Shown: piece after piece, positions 49,945 through 59,916 of the stretch | Position numbering within the stretch: position 1 is the stretch's first letter | Layout: every line of letters begins with the position of its first letter | From: Candidatus Nezhaarchaeales archaeon | GTDB taxonomy: Archaea > Thermoproteota > Methanomethylicia > Nezhaarchaeales > WYZ-LMO8 | DNA length: 64,000 bases | Direction of reading: 5' to 3' | NCBI GenBank assembly: GCA_038887515.1 | Contig: JAWAKK010000001.1 | Location: 224,001-288,000 of the forward strand | Position numbers and translations under genes: made by a program | Notes under the pieces: generated by a model | Told to the model about the DNA's origin: nothing | Databases searched by the model: none | The model's input: the letters and a program-made list of their open reading frames with translations, nothing else

Positions 49945-50916
49945 ATGCCTTCAATGCTAGACTTACTGGCAATAATATGGGCTAAGCTAAGAGGCAAAAA
50001 AGTCTGTCTAAGCCACTCAAGCGATGCTGACGGGATTGTCTGTGCAGCTTTATTCCTTAGACGAATCCAAAGTGACGGTCTTGTGGTCCTAGCAGAGCCG
50101 TACGAAATACAAGGTGGCAGCTGGCTCAACTTCTTTAAGTGGGATTACGTGTTAGATTTGCCCTGCCCCCCAAAGGCTACAATCTTTATAGATCACCATA
50201 AAACGAATAAGCCTAGCCCCACGGTTAAAGAGGTCTTTCATGATCCGACGTCGCCTTCAGCGGCAGCTTTAGCCATTAAGGCTTTTAAGCTGGAGAGCGA
50301 CCCAGTAGCTTTAAGGCTTGTCGAGTTAGCTAATGAATGCGACACAGCTAACATAGTGAGCAACGAAGCTTGGGACCTCAATGATGCTGTCAAGGGAAGT
50401 CCGAGGAATAGGAGAGTTAAGCTAACGATACTTCTAAGTAGGTTCGGTTTAGAGGCCCTCAAACTTCCTGAAGTTCAAATTTGGATTGCCAAAAATAGAG
50501 AGAGAAGGGAGAGGACAAAGCAACTAGCCGAAAAAATACCTATTGAGGACAAGGTCTTCATAGAGTTGAAGGGCGAAGAGGACATTTCGCCGAGGAACCT
50601 TATGATAACGCTTGAAAAGATGGGGGCAAAGGTTACATGTGTCATCACTCCTAGAGAGGACAAATATAAGATACACTTAGGTTCTAGGGAGGACTCTGAC
50701 GTTGATTGTTCAAAGATCGCGTTGAAGATGGGTGGCGGAGGCCATAAACATGCTGCTGGAGCGACCGTCGGCGATGTAAAAAAGGCCATCAAGATAATAG
50801 CTAAAAAACTTGGCCTTAAGAAGATAAAAGTCTACGTTGTGGAAGGATCCAATGTTGTGGGTATTAAAGTGTTTAAAGTCAAAAGGCACCGAAGAAAGGG
50901 GGTAAACAATCGTTAG
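49945..50916 (+). CDS. DHH/DHHA1 phosphoesterase
   Basis: H..DADG, LD, IDHH and GGGGHKHAAG motifs. Confidence 0.9.
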   Translation: MPSMLDLLAIIWAKLRGKKVCLSHSSDADGIVCAALFLRRIQSDGLVVLAEPYEIQGGSWLNFFKWDYVLDLPCPPKATIFIDHHKTNKPSPTVKEVFHDPTSPSAAALAIKAFKLESDPVALRLVELANECDTANIVSNEAWDLNDAVKGSPRNRRVKLTILLSRFGLEALKLPEVQIWIAKNRERRERTKQLAEKIPIEDKVFIELKGEEDISPRNLMITLEKMGAKVTCVITPREDKYKIHLGSREDSDVDCSKIALKMGGGGHKHAAGATVGDVKKAIKIIAKKLGLKKIKVYVVEGSNVVGIKVFKVKRHRRKGVNNR

Positions 50917-51312
50917 TTGGAGACTAAGGATCCAGAAGCTAGGGCTAGTTTAAATAACTCGTCTCTAAATTTAATGCAGGAGAACCTATCGGATGTGATA
51001 CATTTGCCTTACCTACCCATTCCGAGAAGGACACCATTAGTACCCGAAGAATTGTCGCAACAAAGAGCCTTTGGTCCAGACGAGCCCGATGACCTAGAAG
51101 AACTGATTCAAACAATAGCTTCAAGTCAGGGGTTTGACGCCATAATGGGGGTCATAGATTCGCTTATCTCAACGATAGAACGTCAGGAAATCATAATATG
51201 GAGTTTAGCTAAGTTGCTTGAAGAAAAGGGTCTCATAAACAGAGAGGAACTCTTAAAGAAGATAGAAGAATTTAACAAGAAGAAAGCTATATATAGAGTC
51301 GATACAGACTAA
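50917..51312 (+). CDS. Hypothetical protein
   Basis: Abuts the DHH gene; LLEEKGLI.REEL C-terminal helix motif; start uncertain. Confidence 0.6.
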   Translation: METKDPEARASLNNSSLNLMQENLSDVIHLPYLPIPRRTPLVPEELSQQRAFGPDEPDDLEELIQTIASSQGFDAIMGVIDSLISTIERQEIIIWSLAKLLEEKGLINREELLKKIEEFNKKKAIYRVDTD

Positions 51313-51666
51313 CTTCATTTTATGGTATTAGTTCGTCGGACAAGCATAATTGATGCTGTCCTAAGCCCTTTTCTTCCATATAGTAGGGCTACAAACGCAA
51401 AGCTTCGTTGTAAGCTATAACAGAAACCATTAAAGATAATCGCAATTATGTTAGAGAGCTCTGCGTAGCCTATCCTCCACCAAAAAATCGGTCCCCAAGG
51501 TACTTAATGCTGTAACCGCTCATGAAGTTGAGGGCATTGACATCAGCTTGGGTTTAACAAGTTTGACAAGCCTGTCTGGATCATTTAAAATATGAATAGT
51601 ATTGCAATTCATTATCGACGCTTACTTTCTACAATCAATTTACGTTTTTAGAATATTCGCGAGCCG

Positions 51667-52443
51667 TCATCTCTGGCAGATCTCACACACGAAAGTCCTT
51701 CTATTTATAGGCTTTTGCACGTAGAATTTAATGGGGTGCCCGCAAACTAAACAAAGCCCTCTAGACCTATTGTAGACGTAGAGGATTTCTCTCAACCCCC
51801 TCCCCTGCAGTTTAAGTTCCAAGAATTTTTCGCTCAATTCTTTTGCGATGCGAATTATTCTGTAAATTTCGTCTTGCGAAAGATTGCTCACCATCCTCTC
51901 AGGGTTAATATTCGCCCTGAAAAGGATCTCGTTCCTCAAGATGTTTCCTATCCCAGCCATAACCGATTGGTTGAGTAATACGACTCCTATCTTCTCGTTT
52001 CGATACTTTCTGATGTTCTCGTACACTTGCTCTTCACTCCAATCATTGCTCAGCGGATCAGGACCCAATTCCAGCTTTAATCGTTCTAATATGTGATTTC
52101 CTCTCCCTAGCTCAACGATTGGTGCGTTGTAGACTACAAGTTTCCTATGATGTCCAGTAAGCATCAACCTGACTCTATCCATGGGCTTAAGGAGCGACTC
52201 GCCCAATTCATAGACGTATATTGAGCCAAACATCATTAAATGAAGTCTCGCGACCATGTCACCATCAAACATGAGTATAATGTTCTTGCCGAACGAATCC
52301 GCTTTAACGAACTTTCTTCCAATAAGCTCCTCAATAGAGATGAAGATCTTCTTAGACCTTACAAAAACCTCTCTGATGTATTCACCTCCAAATTTGTTAC
52401 AGATCTTAATGGCATAGGCTCTAGCTGTGGGACCCTCAACCAC
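51667..52443 (-). CDS. nei: Fpg/Nei family DNA glycosylase/AP lyase
   Basis: N-terminal (M)VEGP, GKN, HLMMFGS, LGPDPL, LLNQSVMAGIGNILRNEILF (H2TH) and a C-terminal CxxC...CxxCQ zinc finger. Confidence 0.92.
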   Translation of the reverse strand: MVEGPTARAYAIKICNKFGGEYIREVFVRSKKIFISIEELIGRKFVKADSFGKNIILMFDGDMVARLHLMMFGSIYVYELGESLLKPMDRVRLMLTGHHRKLVVYNAPIVELGRGNHILERLKLELGPDPLSNDWSEEQVYENIRKYRNEKIGVVLLNQSVMAGIGNILRNEILFRANINPERMVSNLSQDEIYRIIRIAKELSEKFLELKLQGRGLREILYVYNRSRGLCLVCGHPIKFYVQKPINRRTFVCEICQR

Positions 52444-52619
52444 ATCTAGTAGATTACTTCGTTCTCGAACTTAAAACTTGAAGTCTCTAACAAACGAAGC
52501 ATCACGAGACCTACATCGATTTATGTTCAAGACATTAAACTTCTTGACTAAAATTTAAGTAGTCTAGATAAATTTAAACATAAAAAACATAAGATTTTAT
52601 GTCTAATCGGTTTCTGATG

Positions 52620-53707
52620 TTAATTGTTGATTAGTTCACCATACTCTTCATATACTGCCTTCTCTAACTCGTCGAAGTTCTTGTCCATTAACACATGAGC
52701 TAGGAAGGCTGTGCCTCCAGCACCAACTCCCTCCTTGACGTATCCCTTCTCGTAATAGCGTAATCCTTCATAGGGGGCGTTAGAGAAGTTTAGGTTTATT
52801 GATACTATCGGTATTAAAGGATCTATAGCTTTGAGTAGAGCTACTATGTTTGATGAAGGGTCAGAGGCTATCCACCTTGTCGTGGCAATAATAGTTCTTT
52901 GAAGCTTCACATTAGTATGTTTCGCTAGAGCTATGACCGACGCCATCTGAGTTCCACCTACCAACACTACACATGCTCCCTCCTCTAAGGCCCCCTTAGA
53001 AAGCCAGCCATGGAGACGTGTACCGGATCTCCTAATGCTGAAACAGCTTTCATCGGATCTCGTCTCGTCTCATCGATATTCAACCCCGATTTCTCGAGAC
53101 CCTCCCTCACAACTCCCTCCTTAAGTTCATGAGGATTTAGTGGGGTTGCGCTGCTAACCTTACCCCAAGCATCGTAGCCTAGCGCTACTAGAATTCCTAG
53201 CGCGGTGGTGGTTCCTCCAGGTATGCTCTCACCAAGTAGGTATACGTCGGTTCCACGAAGCATGTGAGCTAGAACTCGGGCTTCACTATAGAGAGCTTGA
53301 GCTACCTCATAGGGTAGTGCTGATCCAGTATTTATTGCCTCGCCCATCTTTCGACTCGGCAAGGCTATATGTGGTATCTTGGGCTCTATGGCTGAGCCAG
53401 TATCGACAATCATGTATGACATGTTGCAAAGTTTTAAGCAAGACCTAGTTATTATTGCTGGAGTTGGTATCCCTTCAGGGGTTACCGGTATGACGTTGAA
53501 ACTCTTAGGTTTTCCGTAGACTAAATACTCCACATCGCAAGCAGGAGTATACAAAGTTAGATCGGGAGTAGCACCTGCAATGCTCACTCCAGGTATCGTT
53601 GACGTCCTTGTTGAACCTATGAAATAGAGGGCCATGACCTTGCCCTTTCTAATCCTGTTGATGATATAATCGACTAGGCCAGCATCGCCAATGATTGAGA
53701 GGTTCAT
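52620..53707 (-). pseudogene. cobT: Archaeal-type nicotinate-nucleotide:dimethylbenzimidazole phosphoribosyltransferase, frameshifted
   Basis: PGVSIAG, YTP..D.E, PTPAIIT and GESIPGGTTTA in the 5' part; GGTQM and VKEGVGAGG in the 3' part. One extra G at 52991-52995 joins the two parts (LRGALEEGACVVLVGGTQM). Confidence 0.88.
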
Positions 53708-53843
53708 TCTACATCACAGGGCATCGAAAGCTTAAATCCAAATGTAAGATTTTTATATTAAACGATAAAACGTTATTAAATACCTTGCTCCTTGACTTGT
53801 AAATGTATCAAGCTAATAAGTTCAAGCACGTTTTAAAGGTTAT

Positions 53844-53860
53844 GGATGGTTTATCCAACC
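53844..53860. promoter_or_regulatory. 17-bp palindrome copy 2
   Basis: GGATGGTTTATCCAACC (reverse complement GGTTGGATAAACCATCC, 14/17 identical to copy 1), 4 nt after TTTAAAGG. Confidence 0.55.
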
Positions 53861-53969
53861 AACTACTCTTTAAGTTTAATCGCAGGCGTCAATTTATAAC
53901 TATAAACTTGTGAGGAAGAGCAATATTGACATCGACAAATTGTCGTGATTCGTGGCCTTTGGTCGCGCT

Positions 53970-54041
53970 TTAGGCATTGAAGTTGAGCATCTCTAGCGGC
54001 TCATCTGCCATTCCATCACCAATTATGACTATGGCCTTCAT
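53970..54041 (-). pseudogene. Remnant of a cofactor-independent phosphoglycerate mutase (ApgM-like) 5' end
   Basis: MKAIVIIGDGMADEPLEMLNFNA* matches the family's N-terminal GDGMAD.P motif, then stops. Confidence 0.6.
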
Positions 54042-54093
54042 GTTCTCTAACCACTCGTTGGCATTAAAATTCCGAGGAAAATATAAATGTTCT

Positions 54094-54110
54094 GGACGGG
54101 TAATCCATCC
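54094..54110. promoter_or_regulatory. 17-bp palindrome copy 3
   Basis: GGACGGGTAATCCATCC, 4 nt after GAAAA-TATAAATG (BRE/TATA), upstream of the asparagine-synthase-like gene. Confidence 0.55.
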
Positions 54111-54205
54111 ATAGTAATTACGGTCAACGAACTTCTAAAGCGTAGGATACTTCATGTAAACCCTCAGCTCGTGCAATTACTACAGGAGAACGAAGGTGAA
54201 GATTT

Positions 54206-55168
54206 GTGGAGAAACTTGACAGGCTCTGCTCTAGGATTCGAGCTTTGTTAGAGGAGGCTGTGAGGAGAAACTTATCTGAAGGATTACTTCTATCTGGAGG
54301 CCTAGATACAAGCATATTAGCTGCTGTGGCCTCAAGGTTCGCATCCCCTAAAGCCTTTACTGTCGGGTTCGATGGTGCTCCAACACCGGACATCGAATAT
54401 GCAAAGATTATTTCTTCAAAGCTTCAGCTTAAACATGTAGTACATCGATTTAGCTACGAAGAGTTGTGGGAAGCCATTAAGGAGGTGATTAGGATCTTAA
54501 AGACCTTTGACCCGATGGAAGTTCGCAATAGCGCGGTCCTCTACGTTAGCTTGAGATTGGCCAAAGAACATGGGGTGAAGACGGTTATGACCGGTGATGG
54601 TAGCGACGAACTCTTCGCAGGGTATAGCTTTCTATTTGGTTTAAGTTATGAGGAGCTAAAGTTGAAGTTAAAGAAGCTCTGGGAAAACATGCACTTCTCA
54701 TCAATACCATTAGCGAAAGAATTGGGCCTGGAGGCAAAGCTTCCATTCTTAGACCCGGAGTTTAAGTCCTTCGCAATGAGTATAAGCCCGAGATACAAAG
54801 TTCGGCGTAAAGGAGGTAAGGTTTATGGAAAATGGATTCTTCGCAAGGCCTTTGAAGGAATATTACCAAACGAGATAGTCTGGAGAGATAAAGCCCCCAT
54901 AGAATTTGGTTCTGGAACGGCCATCCTACCAGAGCTATTCGACGAAAGGATATCAGACGATGAGTTTGAAGCGAAGAAGCGTGAGTACCTTGAATTGGAT
55001 GGGGTGTCGATCAGGAGCAAGGAGCAGCTTTTCTACTATGAGGTTTATCGATCAATAGTGGGTAGACCGCATCAAACCAACGTAAGCGGAAAGTCTTGCC
55101 CCTATTGCAAGTCCAGCGTTAGCGAGAAGGCAACGTACTGTAGAACATGCGGTGCATATCCAATTTGA
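54206..55168 (+). CDS. Asparagine synthase C-terminal-domain protein (no glutaminase domain) with C-terminal Zn ribbon
   Basis: LLSGGLDTS, TGDGSDELFAGY, PFLD, KWILRKAF and CPYC...CRTC motifs. Confidence 0.85.
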   Translation: MEKLDRLCSRIRALLEEAVRRNLSEGLLLSGGLDTSILAAVASRFASPKAFTVGFDGAPTPDIEYAKIISSKLQLKHVVHRFSYEELWEAIKEVIRILKTFDPMEVRNSAVLYVSLRLAKEHGVKTVMTGDGSDELFAGYSFLFGLSYEELKLKLKKLWENMHFSSIPLAKELGLEAKLPFLDPEFKSFAMSISPRYKVRRKGGKVYGKWILRKAFEGILPNEIVWRDKAPIEFGSGTAILPELFDERISDDEFEAKKREYLELDGVSIRSKEQLFYYEVYRSIVGRPHQTNVSGKSCPYCKSSVSEKATYCRTCGAYPI

Positions 55169-55371
55169 CCTCATCGCATGCGATGCAAAATTATTATCTA
55201 CTAAGAGTAACCTGCTTTGAGACCTTAATAAATATGCTCGACTATTAGTTCATACGAGACAACAAAGTAACTGAGGGTTACTTGGAGGAGCTAGCGTGGA
55301 AGGTAAGGATCGAGAGGGCTATTGGGGGTAAGTGACCTCTTAAGTTTCATAAAGCCAAGTCAAGTAGGCTC

Positions 55372-55953
55372 TTAGACGAAGTTCGTAAGGAGATTACAAG
55401 GATCACCTATTACTCGACTACGATCACATGCTGATGCACTTAAAATGGCTTTGAGCCTCTTAATAATTTCTTGGATGACCTTCCTAAGCTCGTTGTAGTC
55501 TCTAATTATTACATCCCTAACGTTTATGCATAACAAAGGCTTAACTCCATTAAGTTTTTCAACTACCCTCTCAAGTCGTGTAACACCTACGCTTCGAACA
55601 CTCGTGGTAATGATTATAGGCTTAATAGCGATGTACCTCTTGAGGATTTCTTGAACTGGCGATGACAACGTGTCAATCCATATAGGCGATGCGACGATTA
55701 AGGCATCGTAGTTGCCGGGATTTAGATCGCTTGGCTCAAGCCTACTACTGGTCCCTCTTCTAACGAATGTATCGTACATGAGCCTGAGGTTAACGTGAAG
55801 CGGCTTGAAATATTCCCTCAATGGGACAACCCTATAAACGTCGACCATAAAGCCCTCGTTAGCGAGGCTCAGCTTTAGTTCATTGACGACGCGCTCTGTA
55901 CACCCAGTTCTAGAATAATACACTATTGATATCTTCACATCACCGCTTCTCAT
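55372..55953 (-). CDS. Flavodoxin-like protein
   Basis: IVYYSRTGCT and YDALIVASPIW motifs. Confidence 0.8.
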   Translation of the reverse strand: MRSGDVKISIVYYSRTGCTERVVNELKLSLANEGFMVDVYRVVPLREYFKPLHVNLRLMYDTFVRRGTSSRLEPSDLNPGNYDALIVASPIWIDTLSSPVQEILKRYIAIKPIIITTSVRSVGVTRLERVVEKLNGVKPLLCINVRDVIIRDYNELRKVIQEIIKRLKAILSASACDRSRVIGDPCNLLTNFV

Positions 55954-56377
55954 GGTATGGTAAATATGGTAGTCCTCAAATTAATGTTGTGCTAAACCGA
56001 GCCTTTCAACATAGTTTGGTGCTTTGATAACCCCTAGCATAAACATGGTCTTAAGTTAGAAGTTGCAGGTTAAGGACTTAGGCCTTCTTCCACTCTTTAT
56101 AATGGTATTCGCATATACCCTCAATTTTCGGCACATATTAGGAAGGTATCGTTAGATGTATAATTCCGAAACCCTCTCTTAGAATCATTCACCTTCTTAT
56201 CCTTGGACGCAAAACGTTCTAAACCTATAAAGAAATTTTAAGGATTTACTTTTCAACTTTCACTACGGAACCTTCTTTAAAATCATGACCTTCAATTCTT
56301 TGATTGGCACCGATAACCTGAGCATCGTGTTATTGAGTTTACGGATAATAGTTGTATCGCTTACATTCTTGGCAAGA

Positions 56378-57685
56378 TTAAAAGTTATGTTCTATTTTTC
56401 CCACTGTCTTCTTGAACTTTTCTATTCGTTCATAATGATTAACTATGGGCTCAGGGTAGCCCTTTATCCTATACCTTATTGGATCCTGTATCTCTCTACA
56501 CTCATAGTCTCTCAACTCTGGGATGTACCTTTTTATGTATATGCAGAAAGGATCATACTTCTCCGCTTGTCTTATTGGGTTGAACACTCTAATAGGTAGA
56601 GGGTCTACGCCGACCGAGGCTGACCATTGCCAGTTGCCTATGTTTAGTACTTCGTCATAGTCTATAAGGTGTTCTTTGAAGAATTCCTCTCCAATCCTCC
56701 AATCTACAAGGAGGTCCTTAACTAAGAAGTTGGCTACTATCAATCTCACTCTATTATGTATCCACTTTTCTGCCTTCAATTGTCTTATGCCCGCATCAAC
56801 TATCGGATAGCCAGTCTCTCCTTTTTTAAAAGCATTAATTATGTACTCATCATTTTCCCACGTTATGCCTCTCATGTTAGGTTTAAGCTCCATGGACCTC
56901 ATATGAGGGTACTTGCGTTTTAGATGATAGTAAAACTCTCTCCAAGCTAGTTGTCTTACAAACTCTTCAGAGAACTTTATGGCTCGATTAAATATCTCTC
57001 TAACTGAGACTATGCCGAGACTTATGTACGGAGACAGCCTCGAAGTAGCGTCTAAGTGCGGGTAGTCTTTGACCATATTGTACTTTTCGAAGTTAAAGGA
57101 TTGTAATCTATAAGTCCCCCAGTCGGCCTTCCATACATTGTCCTCGAAGACTCTCCATCCTTGTCTTTTGCACAGCTCCTCTATATCCGGCTCGTCCATC
57201 TCCATGAAACTACGAATCGAGACTTCTTCAGTAATTTGAGAATCAACAAGTCTTCTCCACTGCCTATAGAAGTTTGTGAACGAACTCAATAATGAAGGAC
57301 TAGCTAGGACGTTGTCAACTACCTCGACAAACTTGATACCGATTCTCTGGCAGAGGTTCTTGACTTTTTGTATCATCAAGTCCTCATTCCAAGAGAGGGA
57401 CGAGGCTGTGTAAATGGCGTCGAACCTGTACTTTCCAAGTAGGTCTTCAAAAACTTCGCATGTTTTACCATAGAGTACGTGGAGCCTTATCCTTGCTCCT
57501 AGACTTTTCAAAGCATCTAAGAGAAAATTAAAACGCAGATCTTCAGAGCCAATCCTTCGATCTCTCAAGATGTCTGGATCAATTACGAAGATCGTTGTTA
57601 TCTTACTGGCTTTCGATACCGCTTCTGCAAGCGCTCTATTATCCCTTATCCTCAAATCGCGTCTAAACCAATAGAGAACCTTCAT
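56378..57685 (-). CDS. phrB: Deoxyribodipyrimidine photolyase (class I CPD)
   Basis: WFRRDLRIRDN, TSRLSPY, QLAWREFY, GETGYPIVDAG, HNRVRLIVA and GNWQW motifs. Confidence 0.96.
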   Translation of the reverse strand: MKVLYWFRRDLRIRDNRALAEAVSKASKITTIFVIDPDILRDRRIGSEDLRFNFLLDALKSLGARIRLHVLYGKTCEVFEDLLGKYRFDAIYTASSLSWNEDLMIQKVKNLCQRIGIKFVEVVDNVLASPSLLSSFTNFYRQWRRLVDSQITEEVSIRSFMEMDEPDIEELCKRQGWRVFEDNVWKADWGTYRLQSFNFEKYNMVKDYPHLDATSRLSPYISLGIVSVREIFNRAIKFSEEFVRQLAWREFYYHLKRKYPHMRSMELKPNMRGITWENDEYIINAFKKGETGYPIVDAGIRQLKAEKWIHNRVRLIVANFLVKDLLVDWRIGEEFFKEHLIDYDEVLNIGNWQWSASVGVDPLPIRVFNPIRQAEKYDPFCIYIKRYIPELRDYECREIQDPIRYRIKGYPEPIVNHYERIEKFKKTVGKIEHNF

Positions 57686-58591
57686 TGATTGTCCCCAGCA
57701 AGTATTGATCCAACGCTTATTCCTTCACTCCTAAGTTCCTCAATTAGCCTGGCGATAGCTCTCTCCTTCTTTTTAACCTCTATGATTATGTCCACGGCTT
57801 TTACTCCATCTAACAGCGAAATCAAGTCTTTAAAGTCCTTTACATCAACGTAGTCTCCATGCTCGCCGAAGCGATGCGGTCTTTTTTGGAGCTGACGATA
57901 AATGAACCTCAGGAATTTTGTCACCACAAGTAGCAATTAGCCTATCTACGCTAAACTTTGACGGGTTCAGCATGTGATGATAATAGTCGAAAACCGCTGG
58001 GACACCAAGTACTTCAGCCATTTCTATCACTTCGGAAATGGTGTAATGCCTCTCGTCATTCTCTAACGCAAGCCTCTTTATAAGCCACTGATTTCTCTTC
58101 AATGCCTCCTCAAGCCTCTTAACCACTCTCCTCTTGTCTTTGTAGACACCCCCGACATGTATGACGACAACGCTCTCACTTCCGAGACCTAACGTGTCGA
58201 GCACCCAGAAATGGTATTTTAGCTCCGCAAGAGATCTATTCAAGACCGCTTCATTAGGACTACTAAGTACTACGTATTGGCCCGGGTGCATGGTTATTCT
58301 GATGCCATAATCTCTTATAACGCTGGATACCTTCATTAGGACCTCTCCAAGCTTTTCAAGCCACTCTAACTTAAAATTCGGATGAGAGGCGAACGGAATA
58401 AAACTAGAACCAAGCCTAAATATCGCCAAATTCATCCTCCTTGAGAGCTCTAAAAGAGCTATAAAGTCCTTCAAGTTCTTTTCGAAGGTTCTTAGCAACG
58501 TTTCTTCATTTAGATTATGAAGCTTTACTTTATGATTTGTAGAGAGCTTATTATCACTTGTCGAACAGAAGAATCCTAGTCCTATCCTCAA
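57682..58591 (-). pseudogene. uvsE: UV damage endonuclease UvdE/UvsE, frameshifted near the 3' end
   Basis: FRLGS..IPFASHP, TMHPGQY, IHVGG, LALENDE, FDYYHH and VHLSS motifs. Removing one A from the run at 57882-57887 joins the PKRPHRFGEHGDY...IEVKKKE tail. Confidence 0.88.
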
Positions 58592-58959
58592 TGAGATGCA
58601 CCAATTCCTTATGAAGAGAGCCAAAATTAGAATTTAAGTATTTTTACATCAAGTCAAAATTATCCCGTATCTGATGGACTTGAAGATTCATTAATATTAT
58701 GAGGGGTCTTCTTTGGATAAGATTTTCAGTGGAAGTTAGGGGTCTGTTCCTGCTGACAGTTAAAACTTCATGTATCTTATCTATTTAGCGTCGTTACGGT
58801 AAGCCACGAATATTTGAAGCGTCTTGAGTTATATTAAAGACTTAACGATATATGCCTATATTTGAACTTAATACTTTTGTAGAGACCATATACATACATT
58901 TATCCGTTAAGTTAACGTTTAAGAGGGTCGCGAGATAGATTTTAAGGGGGTGTTTAATT

Positions 58960-59499
58960 TTGAAGAAGGATGTAGAAACCTTCCACTACCTGCTTCATCC
59001 TAGACCGGTCGTTTTAATTTGCTCCGTTGACGATGAGGGTAGGCCGAACGTCATGGCTTGCTCATGGATTACTCCGGTAAGCGAAGAACCCCCAATAATA
59101 GCTCTCTCGCTTTGGAGGAGGGGCTATACTCATCAACTCATAGAGGTCAAAAAAGAGTTTACAGTTAACATACCCTCGGCCGACATGGCCAGAGCCGTGT
59201 GGATAGCAGGCTCTAGGAGCGGTAGGAGGACTAATAAGTTCGCTATAACTGGACTCACAACCCAACCAGCTAAAAAGGTAAGCGTCCCAATAGTAGAACA
59301 ATGTATAGGGCACTTGGAGTGTAAGCTCCTCGATTACGTAAAGGCCGGTGAGTGTAACATCTATATAGCTGAAGTGGTAGCGGCCTATGCCGATGAAGAG
59401 CTATTAAACAATGGCATATGGAACGAAAGGGCTAACGTACTATTGCACGCTGGGGGGAAGCTTTTTACAACACCTCAAGCATGCTTTGAGGTGAAGTAA
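58960..59499 (+). CDS. Flavin reductase-like (flavoredoxin) protein
   Basis: PRPVVLI, NVMACSW, EFTVNIP, SGR..NKF and LEC motifs. Confidence 0.9.
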   Translation: MKKDVETFHYLLHPRPVVLICSVDDEGRPNVMACSWITPVSEEPPIIALSLWRRGYTHQLIEVKKEFTVNIPSADMARAVWIAGSRSGRRTNKFAITGLTTQPAKKVSVPIVEQCIGHLECKLLDYVKAGECNIYIAEVVAAYADEELLNNGIWNERANVLLHAGGKLFTTPQACFEVK

Positions 59500-59502
59500 C
59501 GA

Positions 59503-59895
59503 TTGAAGGGATCGGTACTCATAAAAATAACCTTTGAGTCAGGCCTCTGTATAAAATGCAGAATAACCACCCATGAGAATCCTAAGATTGCTGAGGCCCT
59601 ATTATTGTCATTACCATTTGAATCTGAAACTAAACGTTGGGGGGACGAGGTTTACTTCTCAGTACCCTTTTCTGCTCAACCAGAGAAGCTCCAGGAAGTG
59701 GTCGATGTGGGCAGTGTTGCCTATTGGCCTGAAGAACCATCACTATGCCTGTTCTTTGGGCCGACACCCTCAAGTCCGAGCGCAGAAGTGATAAAGCCTT
59801 ATAGCCCGGTGGGAGTCATAGGCAAGGTTGTTGGAGATCCGAAGATATTAAAAAATGTGAAGGATGGGGAGAGGGTAAGGGTGGAGAGGGGGTAG
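59503..59895 (+). CDS. Cyclophilin-like fold protein (AF2241/DUF369-like)
   Basis: WGDEVYF, G.VAYWP and LCLFFG.TP motifs. Confidence 0.85.
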   Translation: MKGSVLIKITFESGLCIKCRITTHENPKIAEALLLSLPFESETKRWGDEVYFSVPFSAQPEKLQEVVDVGSVAYWPEEPSLCLFFGPTPSSPSAEVIKPYSPVGVIGKVVGDPKILKNVKDGERVRVERG

Positions 59896-59916
59896 CACCT
59901 TACTTTCAATTTGTCG

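Noticed and set aside
52985-52987. Pyrrolysine/TAG readthrough in cobT (and at 39332)
   Set aside because: The downstream halves are in a different frame, so a frameshift rather than readthrough is required.
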